Source: an archaeon
Lineage (GTDB): Archaea; Iainarchaeota; Iainarchaeia; Iainarchaeales; JANQMZ01
DNA length: 32,000 bases
Direction: 5' to 3'
NCBI GenBank assembly: GCA_028279805.1
Contig: JANQMZ010000007.1
Span: 600,001-632,000 of the forward strand
Below the pieces are notes generated by a model, which did no database searches, was not told the DNA's origin, and saw nothing but the letters and a program-made list of their open reading frames with translations. Position numbers and translations under genes: made by a program. Below are positions 14,139-21,765 of this stretch, in pieces. Numbering within the stretch: position 1 is the first letter of the stretch; every line of letters begins with the position of its first letter.

Positions 14139-14810
14139 ATGGATTTAAAGCAACCAATTCTGTTTATCAATTTTAAAACATATGCGGAAAGCACCGGAAA
14201 AAATGCTTTGATTTTGGCTCAAAAAGCTGAACAGTTTTTGTCAAAATATTCTGTTGTAATTGTCGCCCAGCCAACAGACATAGGAATTCTTTCAAAAACA
14301 AAAATTTCAATTTTTGCCCAGCATATTGACCCTGTTGATTTTGGCTCAAACACCGGGGCAATTTTGCCTCAGGCGATAAAACAAGCGGGGGCGATCGGAA
14401 CGGTTTTAAATCATGCTGAAAAAAAATTAACCAATGAAGTTTTAGAAAAATCAATTAAAAAAGCAAAACAGGCAGATTTGATTGTAATGGCTTGTGCCGA
14501 AAATACGGAAAGAGCAAAACAAATAGCATCATTTAAAATCAAACCCGATTTTATTGCCATTGAACCACCTGAATTGATAGGGGGCGATGTTTCGGTTTCA
14601 ACCGCAAACCCCGAAATTATAACAGATACAATAAAAGAAGTTCATAAAATTTCCAGCATTCCTGTCATAACCGGTGCAGGAATTAAAACATCCGGCGATG
14701 TTAAAAAAGCAATCGAACTGGGAACCCAGGGAGTTTTTGTAGCTTCCGGAATCATCAAATCTGAAAATCCTCAAAAAGCGGTTCAGGAATTACTGGAGGG
14801 ATTTGATTGA
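14139..14810 (+). CDS. tpiA: Triosephosphate isomerase, short archaeal type
   Basis: 223 aa. INFKTY, LNHAEKK, AIEPPELIG and GAGIKT blocks. The length is typical of archaeal TIM. Confidence 0.9.
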   Translation: MDLKQPILFINFKTYAESTGKNALILAQKAEQFLSKYSVVIVAQPTDIGILSKTKISIFAQHIDPVDFGSNTGAILPQAIKQAGAIGTVLNHAEKKLTNEVLEKSIKKAKQADLIVMACAENTERAKQIASFKIKPDFIAIEPPELIGGDVSVSTANPEIITDTIKEVHKISSIPVITGAGIKTSGDVKKAIELGTQGVFVASGIIKSENPQKAVQELLEGFD

Positions 14811-15103
14811 ACAATATTCAAACCTCAAATTTTCCCGAATTGGATGAATTTGATTCAGCTAAAGCCAATGAAGCAATTGAATCTTTTTATCAAAAATATG
14901 CCAGAATTTTATCAGAAACGCCTTTGTTGTCTTTACACCACAAAGAATATTCCAAAGAAGGAAAAAGAAAAAAACACGTTATTAATGCAAAACTATCCTC
15001 GTCAAAAAAGTCAATACATTTTGAAGCATTTGACTGGAATTTTTTAACAGCATTGCAGAATACTTTGAAAGGATTGCTAAAACAATTAAAATCTGAAAAA
15101 TAA
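14807..15103 (+). CDS. Hypothetical 98-aa protein, possible HPF/RaiA (ribosomal S30AE) fold
   Basis: TTG start overlapping the tpiA stop by 4 nt, with no in-frame ATG. The pattern of predicted strands and helices (NIQTSNF / AKANEAIESFYQKYARI / LLSLHHKEY / HVINAKLSS / SIHFEAFDWN / FLTALQNTLKGLLKQLKSEK) can be laid over the beta-alpha-beta-beta-beta-alpha of E. coli YfiA/HPF as I remember it. This is a weak assignment. Confidence 0.4.
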   Translation: MNNIQTSNFPELDEFDSAKANEAIESFYQKYARILSETPLLSLHHKEYSKEGKRKKHVINAKLSSSKKSIHFEAFDWNFLTALQNTLKGLLKQLKSEK

Positions 15104-15107
15104 AAAT

Positions 15108-15380
15108 GCGAGCACACCCAAAAATGGATTCAGTTTCAAGAAATGAGTTAACCTGCTATTCCTCCTCGCCTCCGTAACCCGCAAAGCATTCCAAAACAAA
15201 GTTACCGTTGCTTTCTTCCGAATCTGGCGGGATTCGCTTTGAATTGAAATCTGTGCGGACAAAGGGTCAACGTCAGAATAACAGACCCACTCTATCAACC
15301 AAACCTCTTCTCAGGCTTCGGTTCCGGCATAAAGCGGATTTCCGGCTACAAGAGACCGCTAACCTCTCAACCTAGCTCGC
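15108..15380 (-). ncRNA. Signal recognition particle RNA (archaeal 7S/SRP RNA)
   Basis: The minus strand starts GCGAGCUAGGUUGAGAGGUUAGCGGUCUCUUGUAGCCGGAAAUCCGCUUUAUGCCGGAACCGAAGCCUGAGAAGAGG, matching the archaeal Alu-domain pattern. It contains CCCGCCAGAUUCGGAAGAAAGCAACGGUAAC, matching the helix-8 consensus GCCAGGCCCGGAAGGGAGCAACGGUAG. The 5' GCGAGC pairs with the 3' GCUCGC. TATA-like TTTTAAAC lies about 25 nt upstream. The track ORF 15086..15298 is spurious. Confidence 0.85.
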
Positions 15381-15412
15381 ATTAAAATTAGGCATCCCAA
15401 ATGTTTAAAATT

Positions 15413-16294
15413 CTAATAGAAGTTCATGCTGAGATATCTTTCCCCTTTATCAGGAAAAACTGTTGCCACTTTTTTAAACTTTTTTTTCATTTTTAAAGCA
15501 GCTAAAAGATTGGCTCCTGAGCTCACTCCGCCCAAAATGCCGTGTTTTTTTGCAAGCATTCTTGTGGCTTCAATTGCATCATCGCTTGATATATGAATTA
15601 TTTTATGAATCATTTTTTTGTTTTTTTCAATTATTCCGGGAATAAAACCATCACCAATTCCTTCAATTGAATGGTGTGCAGGATCTCCTCCTGCCAGTAC
15701 AGGCGCCTCTTCAGGTTCAACTGCAATCAGCTTAACTTTTGGATTTATTTTCATCAAAGCTTTTCCAACTCCGATCAATGTTCCTCCTGTTCCCACTCCT
15801 GCAACAAAGCAATCAATTTTTCCCAGTTCTTTTGTCATTTCTTTTCCAAGAGTTTTTTGGTAAGCTTCAACATTCCAAGGAGTGTCAAATTGTTTGACTG
15901 CAAAATAATTTTTTTTCTTTCCTAATTTTTCTTCAATTTCACATGCTTCTTTTAACAGATTTTTACTTCTTTTTGTATAAGTAAGTTTTGAACCAAAAGC
16001 CCTTAACAGCCTTGTTCTTTCATGGCTAAAAGCTTTGGGCATAACCGTGTGCATTTTGTATCCTTTTATTGTGCATACCATTGCAAAAGCAATGGCGGAA
16101 TTTCCTGAGCTTGCTTCAACAACAATGTTTCCTTTTTTGAGTTTGCCTGTTCTTTCAGCTTTTTCAATGACATATTTTGCAAGCCTGTCCTTGATGCTTC
16201 CGCTTGGATTTTCAAATTCCAGTTTTACATCAATTCCATCAATTTTTATGTGTGAGGTGTTTCCTATTGCTGAAAGAATTGTCTTGTTTTTCAT
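15413..16294 (-). CDS. PLP-dependent cysteine synthase / cystathionine beta-synthase family enzyme
   Basis: 293 aa. NPSGSIKDRLA (PLP lysine), EASSGNSAIAFAM and GVGTGGTL blocks of the fold-type II CysK/CysM family. Confidence 0.85.
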   Translation of the reverse strand: MKNKTILSAIGNTSHIKIDGIDVKLEFENPSGSIKDRLAKYVIEKAERTGKLKKGNIVVEASSGNSAIAFAMVCTIKGYKMHTVMPKAFSHERTRLLRAFGSKLTYTKRSKNLLKEACEIEEKLGKKKNYFAVKQFDTPWNVEAYQKTLGKEMTKELGKIDCFVAGVGTGGTLIGVGKALMKINPKVKLIAVEPEEAPVLAGGDPAHHSIEGIGDGFIPGIIEKNKKMIHKIIHISSDDAIEATRMLAKKHGILGGVSSGANLLAALKMKKKFKKVATVFPDKGERYLSMNFY

Positions 16295-17167
16295 TTAAAC
16301 ACTTTCAAGTTTTTGTGCAATTATCTGGCTTATATCTATTTTGCTTGTTGGATTTTGAATTGAATTTGTTGTCAAAACTTTTGCTCCTGCTTTTCTGAGT
16401 TTTGATAATGCCTTTTCAACCAACAATCCATGAACACCTATGCAATAAATTCTTTTTATTTTTTTCTTTTTTAAAAGTTTTACAATTTTTATCATAGTAT
16501 GCCCTGTACTAATAATATCATCAACAACTATTGCCTGTTTTAAATCTGTTTTAAAATTTTTTGAAATTCTCATTTCAACCTTTCTCCCAGTAATTCTTTT
16601 CTTTTTTGCAATAATGAAAGGCATTTTAATTTTTTTTGCTGTTTTTGAAACCCATTGTTTTGATTCTATATCCGGGCCCACAATCAAACTTTTTCCTATT
16701 TTTTTTTGAATATATTTTGCTATAACCGGAACCGCGCTTAAAACATGAGTTTCACATTTGTAAACCTGTGATAATTTTTTGACTCTGTGCAAATGCGGGT
16801 CAACAGTAATTAACGCATCAATTTGTCCTGATATTATTTGTGCGAAAATTTTGACTGATACAGCTTCACCTTTTTTGAATTCTTTATCCTGCCTCATGTA
16901 AGGCAAATATGGTGCTACCAGAACAATTTTCTTGGCTTTTTGCTGTTTTAATGCTCCGCATGTTAGTAAAACTTTTGCCATTATTTCATTCGGATTTTTC
17001 ATAAAATCGGCGAAAACTGCAACTTTTTTCCCTTTTACTTTTAAGGGAATTTTTGCATATGTTTCTCCGTCCGGAAAAATCTTTGTTTCAATTTTTGAAT
17101 ATTTTGCTTTAATTTTTGATGCAACTTTTTTTGCAATTAAAGAATTAATGTTCAGCACAATATTCAT
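16295..17167 (-). CDS. prs: Ribose-phosphate pyrophosphokinase (PRPP synthetase)
   Basis: 290 aa. FPDGE, VAPYLPYMRQD, DPHLH, and the PRPP-binding loop IVVDDIISTGHT. Its stop abuts the start of the downstream gene. Confidence 0.88.
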   Translation of the reverse strand: MNIVLNINSLIAKKVASKIKAKYSKIETKIFPDGETYAKIPLKVKGKKVAVFADFMKNPNEIMAKVLLTCGALKQQKAKKIVLVAPYLPYMRQDKEFKKGEAVSVKIFAQIISGQIDALITVDPHLHRVKKLSQVYKCETHVLSAVPVIAKYIQKKIGKSLIVGPDIESKQWVSKTAKKIKMPFIIAKKKRITGRKVEMRISKNFKTDLKQAIVVDDIISTGHTMIKIVKLLKKKKIKRIYCIGVHGLLVEKALSKLRKAGAKVLTTNSIQNPTSKIDISQIIAQKLESV

Positions 17168-17200
17168 GTTATTGTATTGACTGTTTTCAAATAAAAAACT

Positions 17201-18247
17201 TTATGCGTCTTCTATTCCTTTTTCTGTTATCTGATAAACGGTTTCTCCGTCGGGCAGATTTGGAGAATCAACAAGTTTTGCAATTCTTTTGGTTGCCTTG
17301 CTTTTTCTAAGATAAAGCCTTGTTTTGCTTGCATGCCCTACAACATTTCCTCCGACAGGTGCTGTAGGATCCCCGAACAAAATATCAGGTCTGCTCATCA
17401 CCTGGTTTGTTACCAGTACGCTAATGTTATGAGCTTCAGCCAGTTTCATTAACTGTCTCATGTGCTGGTTTAATTTTTGCTGTCTTTCGGCAAGTTTGCC
17501 TCTGCCAATATATTCTGCTCTGAATTGTGCAATCAGTGAGTCAACTATTAATAATTTTACATTTTTTTCTTTTATCAGCTCATCTGCTTTTTCTGTTAAA
17601 AGCATCTGATGGTCTGCATTGTAAGCTCTTGCTACAAAAACATTTTTCAAAACTTTTTGAGGATCCAATCCCCGCATTTCTGCAATCTGGCTTACTCTTT
17701 CAGGTCTGAAACTTGATTCAGTGTCAATATATAAAATTTTTCCGTTTAAACCGCCTTGTTCTTTTGGCAATTGTGCGGTTACACATAATTGAAAACACCA
17801 TTGTGTTTTTCCTGAAGCCATTTTTCCGTATACTTCAGTTATGCTTTGGGTTTCAACGCCGCCTCCAAGCAATTCATCTAATGAGGTTGAACCTGTTGTT
17901 ATTTTTCCAACGGTACTGCGTCTTTTCTGAATTTTTGAAGCTGATTCAAATCCCATTTCCAGTGCGTCTCTTGCAGCTTTGATTGCCTTGTCAGCTGTTC
18001 CATCTCCCAATCCTGCTACCTCTTTTAATTCCATGGGGCTTGCAACTGCAACGCTTTCAAGTGTCCTGTAATTTGCGTTAAAAAGTTTTTCAGCTGCCTG
18101 TGGTCCTATTCCGGGCAAATCCTGAATATCTTTTATCTGCTTTCCGCTTGTAAGCTTTTCCTCATTCAAATTTTCTTCCACTTTTTCCTCAACTTCCTTT
18201 TCTTTAACATCTTCTTTTTTTACCTGTTTTTCAATAATTTTAGCCAT
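17201..18247 (-). CDS. radA: DNA repair and recombination protein RadA
   Basis: 348 aa. Hh[14 protein letters not shown]. Walker [22 protein letters not shown]. Walker B LLIVDSL. Carries a K/E-rich ~35-aa N-terminal extension. Confidence 0.93.
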   Translation of the reverse strand: MAKIIEKQVKKEDVKEKEVEEKVEENLNEEKLTSGKQIKDIQDLPGIGPQAAEKLFNANYRTLESVAVASPMELKEVAGLGDGTADKAIKAARDALEMGFESASKIQKRRSTVGKITTGSTSLDELLGGGVETQSITEVYGKMASGKTQWCFQLCVTAQLPKEQGGLNGKILYIDTESSFRPERVSQIAEMRGLDPQKVLKNVFVARAYNADHQMLLTEKADELIKEKNVKLLIVDSLIAQFRAEYIGRGKLAERQQKLNQHMRQLMKLAEAHNISVLVTNQVMSRPDILFGDPTAPVGGNVVGHASKTRLYLRKSKATKRIAKLVDSPNLPDGETVYQITEKGIEDA

Positions 18248-18314
18248 AATAAAACCTCAGCATCATTGTCATCTTTTTTCTTTTTAAAGTATTTTTGAGT
18301 ACATTTCCGCTGAG

Positions 18315-19679
18315 TTAAATCATTTTCAAAAGCTTTTCATTTTCCTCCTTTAAACTAAAGTTTTCCACCTGGGTAACCACAAATTCCTGTTCTTCCTGGT
18401 TTAATTTTGACTGCCTTGTTTTTCCTATAAGTTTTGAATTTTTTCCAATAATCTCGTTTCTAACATGTTGCAAAATTTCTTCAATGCCTTTTTTTTCAAG
18501 TTCGTTTTTTAATTCTTTTTTGCTTAATTCTAAAACTTTTTCAGCATTTTTTCCGAACAAAACACAGTTAATTGTTGCAAACCCATCATCCAAAACAATT
18601 GTGGCAATCAGGTTAATGTCAGGTTCTTTCACCTGCCCGCAGTCTTCACATAAAAACCCTTCATCTTCTTTTGAAACAGTTGTTCCGCATTTTGGGCAAA
18701 TTAAGTAATGCAGATTTCCCTTATTAACCGCAACAATTGTTCCCCCGATTCTGAATAATTCTTCCCCTGCTTTTAATTCATTCAGTTTTGCTTCTTTTAT
18801 TTCTTCTCCGAGCAATTCACTTAATTCCGGAATCTTAAATCCCAGCACCGGTTCTTTTAAAATTCTTGCATTCCACCCCAAATGCAGTTCCAATTCTTTT
18901 AAGCCTTTTTTTGTATAACCCCCTTCAATTTTTATCACATCCCCAACATTCAAATCTTCAACAATTTCAGCCAAATTGTTCCAGGCGGTTCCCCTCAACT
19001 CTTTTGAACCGTCATTTATTAAAAAATTTAAAACTTTTCTTTTTTCTCCCTCTTTTTCAAATTCTTTAACTGGAAAAATCCTGACAATTCTTGCAAACAC
19101 ATCAACATTCTGCATCTCCTCAGACAAATCTTCCAGTTTTAATGAAACTGTTTCAACTTTTGGCAACGTTTCAGTTTTTTTGTCCTCAGGGTCAACAACA
19201 AATTCTCCCCCGTAACCCAAATTTAGTTGAACCTGTTCCTTGTAACTTGAAGTATAACAATTTTTTAACAACAAAACAGAACCTTTTTGAACATTTTTTT
19301 TCTCCAAAGCATCAACATCTTTTCCCCAAAAAGTCAGCTTAATTTCCCCGGTTTCATCTCCAACAAGCAAATTGCACAGCTTGCCTTTTTTCCCGGATTT
19401 TTCAAATTCCCTCGGAGTATAAACATGCAAAACGCGCACAAGCAAATCCAAATTGTTCATGCCATCCTTTAACTTGTTAATTTTAATATCCTCCAAAACT
19501 TTTTTTTCAACATTCATTTCAATATCCAGTTCTTTTGCAATCATATACGCTGCCCCTTCATCAGTCAATAAACCGGCAAACTTTGTTTTCTTTTCCTCAA
19601 CCTTTGCCAAAACATCCTCTTTACCCAAATCAGAATTTTTAACAATTTTTTCAACAATTTGCTCAAACTTTAAAACCAT
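18315..19679 (-). CDS. rpa: Replication protein A (single-stranded DNA-binding, multiple OB folds plus zinc ribbon)
   Basis: 454 aa. Repeated OB-fold blocks: LVRVLHVYTPREFEKSGKKGKLCNLLVGDETGEIKLTFW, FARIVRIFPVKEFEKEGEKRKVLNFLINDGSKELRGTAW. Zn motif CPKCG...CEDCG. Confidence 0.85.
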   Translation of the reverse strand: MVLKFEQIVEKIVKNSDLGKEDVLAKVEEKKTKFAGLLTDEGAAYMIAKELDIEMNVEKKVLEDIKINKLKDGMNNLDLLVRVLHVYTPREFEKSGKKGKLCNLLVGDETGEIKLTFWGKDVDALEKKNVQKGSVLLLKNCYTSSYKEQVQLNLGYGGEFVVDPEDKKTETLPKVETVSLKLEDLSEEMQNVDVFARIVRIFPVKEFEKEGEKRKVLNFLINDGSKELRGTAWNNLAEIVEDLNVGDVIKIEGGYTKKGLKELELHLGWNARILKEPVLGFKIPELSELLGEEIKEAKLNELKAGEELFRIGGTIVAVNKGNLHYLICPKCGTTVSKEDEGFLCEDCGQVKEPDINLIATIVLDDGFATINCVLFGKNAEKVLELSKKELKNELEKKGIEEILQHVRNEIIGKNSKLIGKTRQSKLNQEEQEFVVTQVENFSLKEENEKLLKMI

Positions 19680-19849
19680 AAAAAACCTTGCCCTAAAAAA
19701 CCCTTTTAAACCCGTTTCACCGGAAAAGCACCAACCATTCGGTTAAAAAACTTTTTCTATAAGCTATTGTTTTATCGGTTAGTGGAACTTTAAGGCAAAG
19801 TTTTTTATATTAAAATAACCTTTTAGGATTGAATTTAGCGGTTTTTGGT

Positions 19850-20077
19850 ATGGTCAAAATAACTTTTGATAAAGCGGCTAAAAAGGAATTTTTAGAGTTG
19901 ATTGACAAAGAAGTTGACGAAGATGGAATGATTGTTGAAAAGTCAAATCCGAATCAAAGAGTAGTGACTTTTGACGGTCAGGAAATTTCCATAGATGAGT
20001 TTGGAGGCGTCAAAAAAGGTTCAGAAGTTTTCATAAAGAACAACATTGTTTCATTAATGAGACTTTTGAAGAGATGA
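19850..20077 (+). CDS. Hypothetical small protein (75 aa from ATG 19850)
   Basis: TATA-like TTTTTTATATTAAAA at about 19800-19815. ATG 19850 is preferred over the TTG at 19829. Ends at TGA 20075-20077, in the same frame as the next ORF. Confidence 0.5.
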   Translation: MVKITFDKAAKKEFLELIDKEVDEDGMIVEKSNPNQRVVTFDGQEISIDEFGGVKKGSEVFIKNNIVSLMRLLKR

Positions 20078-20083
20078 GTTTTT

Positions 20084-20905
20084 TTGTCTATATTTGATAA
20101 ACTTAAAAAAATATTTCATTTTCAAGGGCCACTAATCAATATCAAATTCATAAATAACTCTTACAATAATGTTGAGACAAAAAATAAACCAATACATTAC
20201 GATGCAAACACGGAAGAAACACTAATAAATCTAGATGAAATTTCTCCAAAACAAAAAAAGGGCATTAAGGCATTAATAGACGAGCATCTTAATGAAAGAA
20301 CAAACAAAATTTTACAAAAAGAAACGCAAGATTTTTTTAACGATTTACATAGTTATGATAAAAAAAACGATAGTCAAATACTAACTTTTTTTCAGAAAAT
20401 AATTCCTCCTAGTGATTTTGAGGCTTTGGAAGCATCTCTTTATCTTAGAAATGTTTTTAAAAACCAGGCGAGAATAGGAAACCAAGCTGAAAGAGAAAAA
20501 GTGAAAAAAATAAAGTTTGACATTATACAAGCTTTTGGAGAGCGAGGGAGGAACATTTCAAATTTGTGCACTTCTGGTTATTTTGAAGGCTTTCTAAAAC
20601 CTTTGTACAACGTAGTTTCAAAAAAGGATTTTAATGACTTGTATGAAATGATTGTTGGTAAAGCCGCGTTAGCTCTTTTTGTTCATGAAAAAATGTCTAG
20701 CAGAGACATAACTTCGGAAATTACCAGAAAACTTAACATTTCAATAAAATATGGGATAAAATCAATTCACATACACGGTATCGGAGTACAGAATATAGAA
20801 AAGATTAAAGGTTGTTTAAGGAAACAAGAGAAATTCTTTAATTTTTTTAAACAAAAAATACATGAAGAAAACAATATCTTGATAATGATTTTAATCCTAA
20901 AATAA
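20084..20905 (+). CDS. Hypothetical protein (273 aa), no recognisable family
   Basis: The only candidate start is TTG 20084, 6 nt after the upstream in-frame TGA. There is no early in-frame ATG or GTG. The N/K/I-rich composition looks accessory. Confidence 0.5.
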   Translation: MSIFDKLKKIFHFQGPLINIKFINNSYNNVETKNKPIHYDANTEETLINLDEISPKQKKGIKALIDEHLNERTNKILQKETQDFFNDLHSYDKKNDSQILTFFQKIIPPSDFEALEASLYLRNVFKNQARIGNQAEREKVKKIKFDIIQAFGERGRNISNLCTSGYFEGFLKPLYNVVSKKDFNDLYEMIVGKAALALFVHEKMSSRDITSEITRKLNISIKYGIKSIHIHGIGVQNIEKIKGCLRKQEKFFNFFKQKIHEENNILIMILILK

Positions 20906-20992
20906 CATGAAAATCCTTTAAATAGCCTTTTTAAATAAAAATTTTTGCAAGAATATAAAAAGTTTAAAAACCCTTTAGGGTAGGTTTTAACA

Positions 20993-21763
20993 ATGCAGTA
21001 TGGAAAATTTTACTCCCAAATGCTTGAAAAAATTGAACAAAAAAAGAAACAAGTATTCATAGTTATTGACCCGCCAAACCAAACACCGGAACAAGCTGGG
21101 CAAATTGCAAAAGAATCTCAGGAAGCAGGAGTTGATGCAATTGCAATCGGCGGCTCAGTGGGAGCACAAGGAGAACAATTGCATGAAACCATTGCACAAA
21201 TAAAAGAAAATTCTTCATTACTAACAACATTATTTCCGGGAAACATTGGAACAATTTCCCAAAAATCTGACGCAATTTATTTTATGAGCATGCTCAACTC
21301 ATTAGATCCTTATTACATTACCGGCGCTCAGATCTCCTCAGCATTTGAATTAAAAAAATCTGGCATAGAGATCATTCCAACATCTTACATTATTGTTGCT
21401 CCGGGCAGAGCAGCAGGCTGGGTTGGTTCAGCAAAACCAATTCCACGAGACTTACCATACATTGGCGCAATAACAGCTTTGGCTGGACAATATATGGGTT
21501 CAAAATTAGCCATATTAGAATCTGGTGGCGGCGCTCCCGAACCGGCTCCATTGGAAATGATTTCACATACAAGAAAACTAATTGACATTCCTTTACTGGT
21601 TGCTGGCGGAATAAAAAATGACAAACACGCTTTTGATGTTTTCAAAGCCGGAGCAGACATTATTCATGTTGGCACTGCAATTGAAGACACAAACGGTTCA
21701 ACAAAAGACATGAAAAAAAAATTAGAATCATTAGTTGCAGCCGCAAAAAAAGCATCAAAATAA
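20993..21763 (+). CDS. Geranylgeranylglyceryl phosphate synthase (PcrB/GGGPS family)
   Basis: 256 aa. TIM-barrel blocks VIDPPNQTPEQ, GVDAIAIGGS, LFPGN, ILESGGGA, LLVAGGIK. This is the archaeal ether-lipid enzyme. Confidence 0.85.
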   Translation: MQYGKFYSQMLEKIEQKKKQVFIVIDPPNQTPEQAGQIAKESQEAGVDAIAIGGSVGAQGEQLHETIAQIKENSSLLTTLFPGNIGTISQKSDAIYFMSMLNSLDPYYITGAQISSAFELKKSGIEIIPTSYIIVAPGRAAGWVGSAKPIPRDLPYIGAITALAGQYMGSKLAILESGGGAPEPAPLEMISHTRKLIDIPLLVAGGIKNDKHAFDVFKAGADIIHVGTAIEDTNGSTKDMKKKLESLVAAAKKASK

Positions 21764-21765
21764 CT

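Noticed and set aside
15086-15298. 70-aa minus-strand ORF
   Set aside because: It is fully contained in the SRP RNA gene.
20075-20077. Genome-wide reassignment of TGA as a sense codon
   Set aside because: TGA ends tpiA, S19e, the PDCD5-like gene, L39e, L31e and aIF6 at positions consistent with family lengths and overlapping start codons. TGA is therefore a normal stop here, and any recoding would have to be site-specific.
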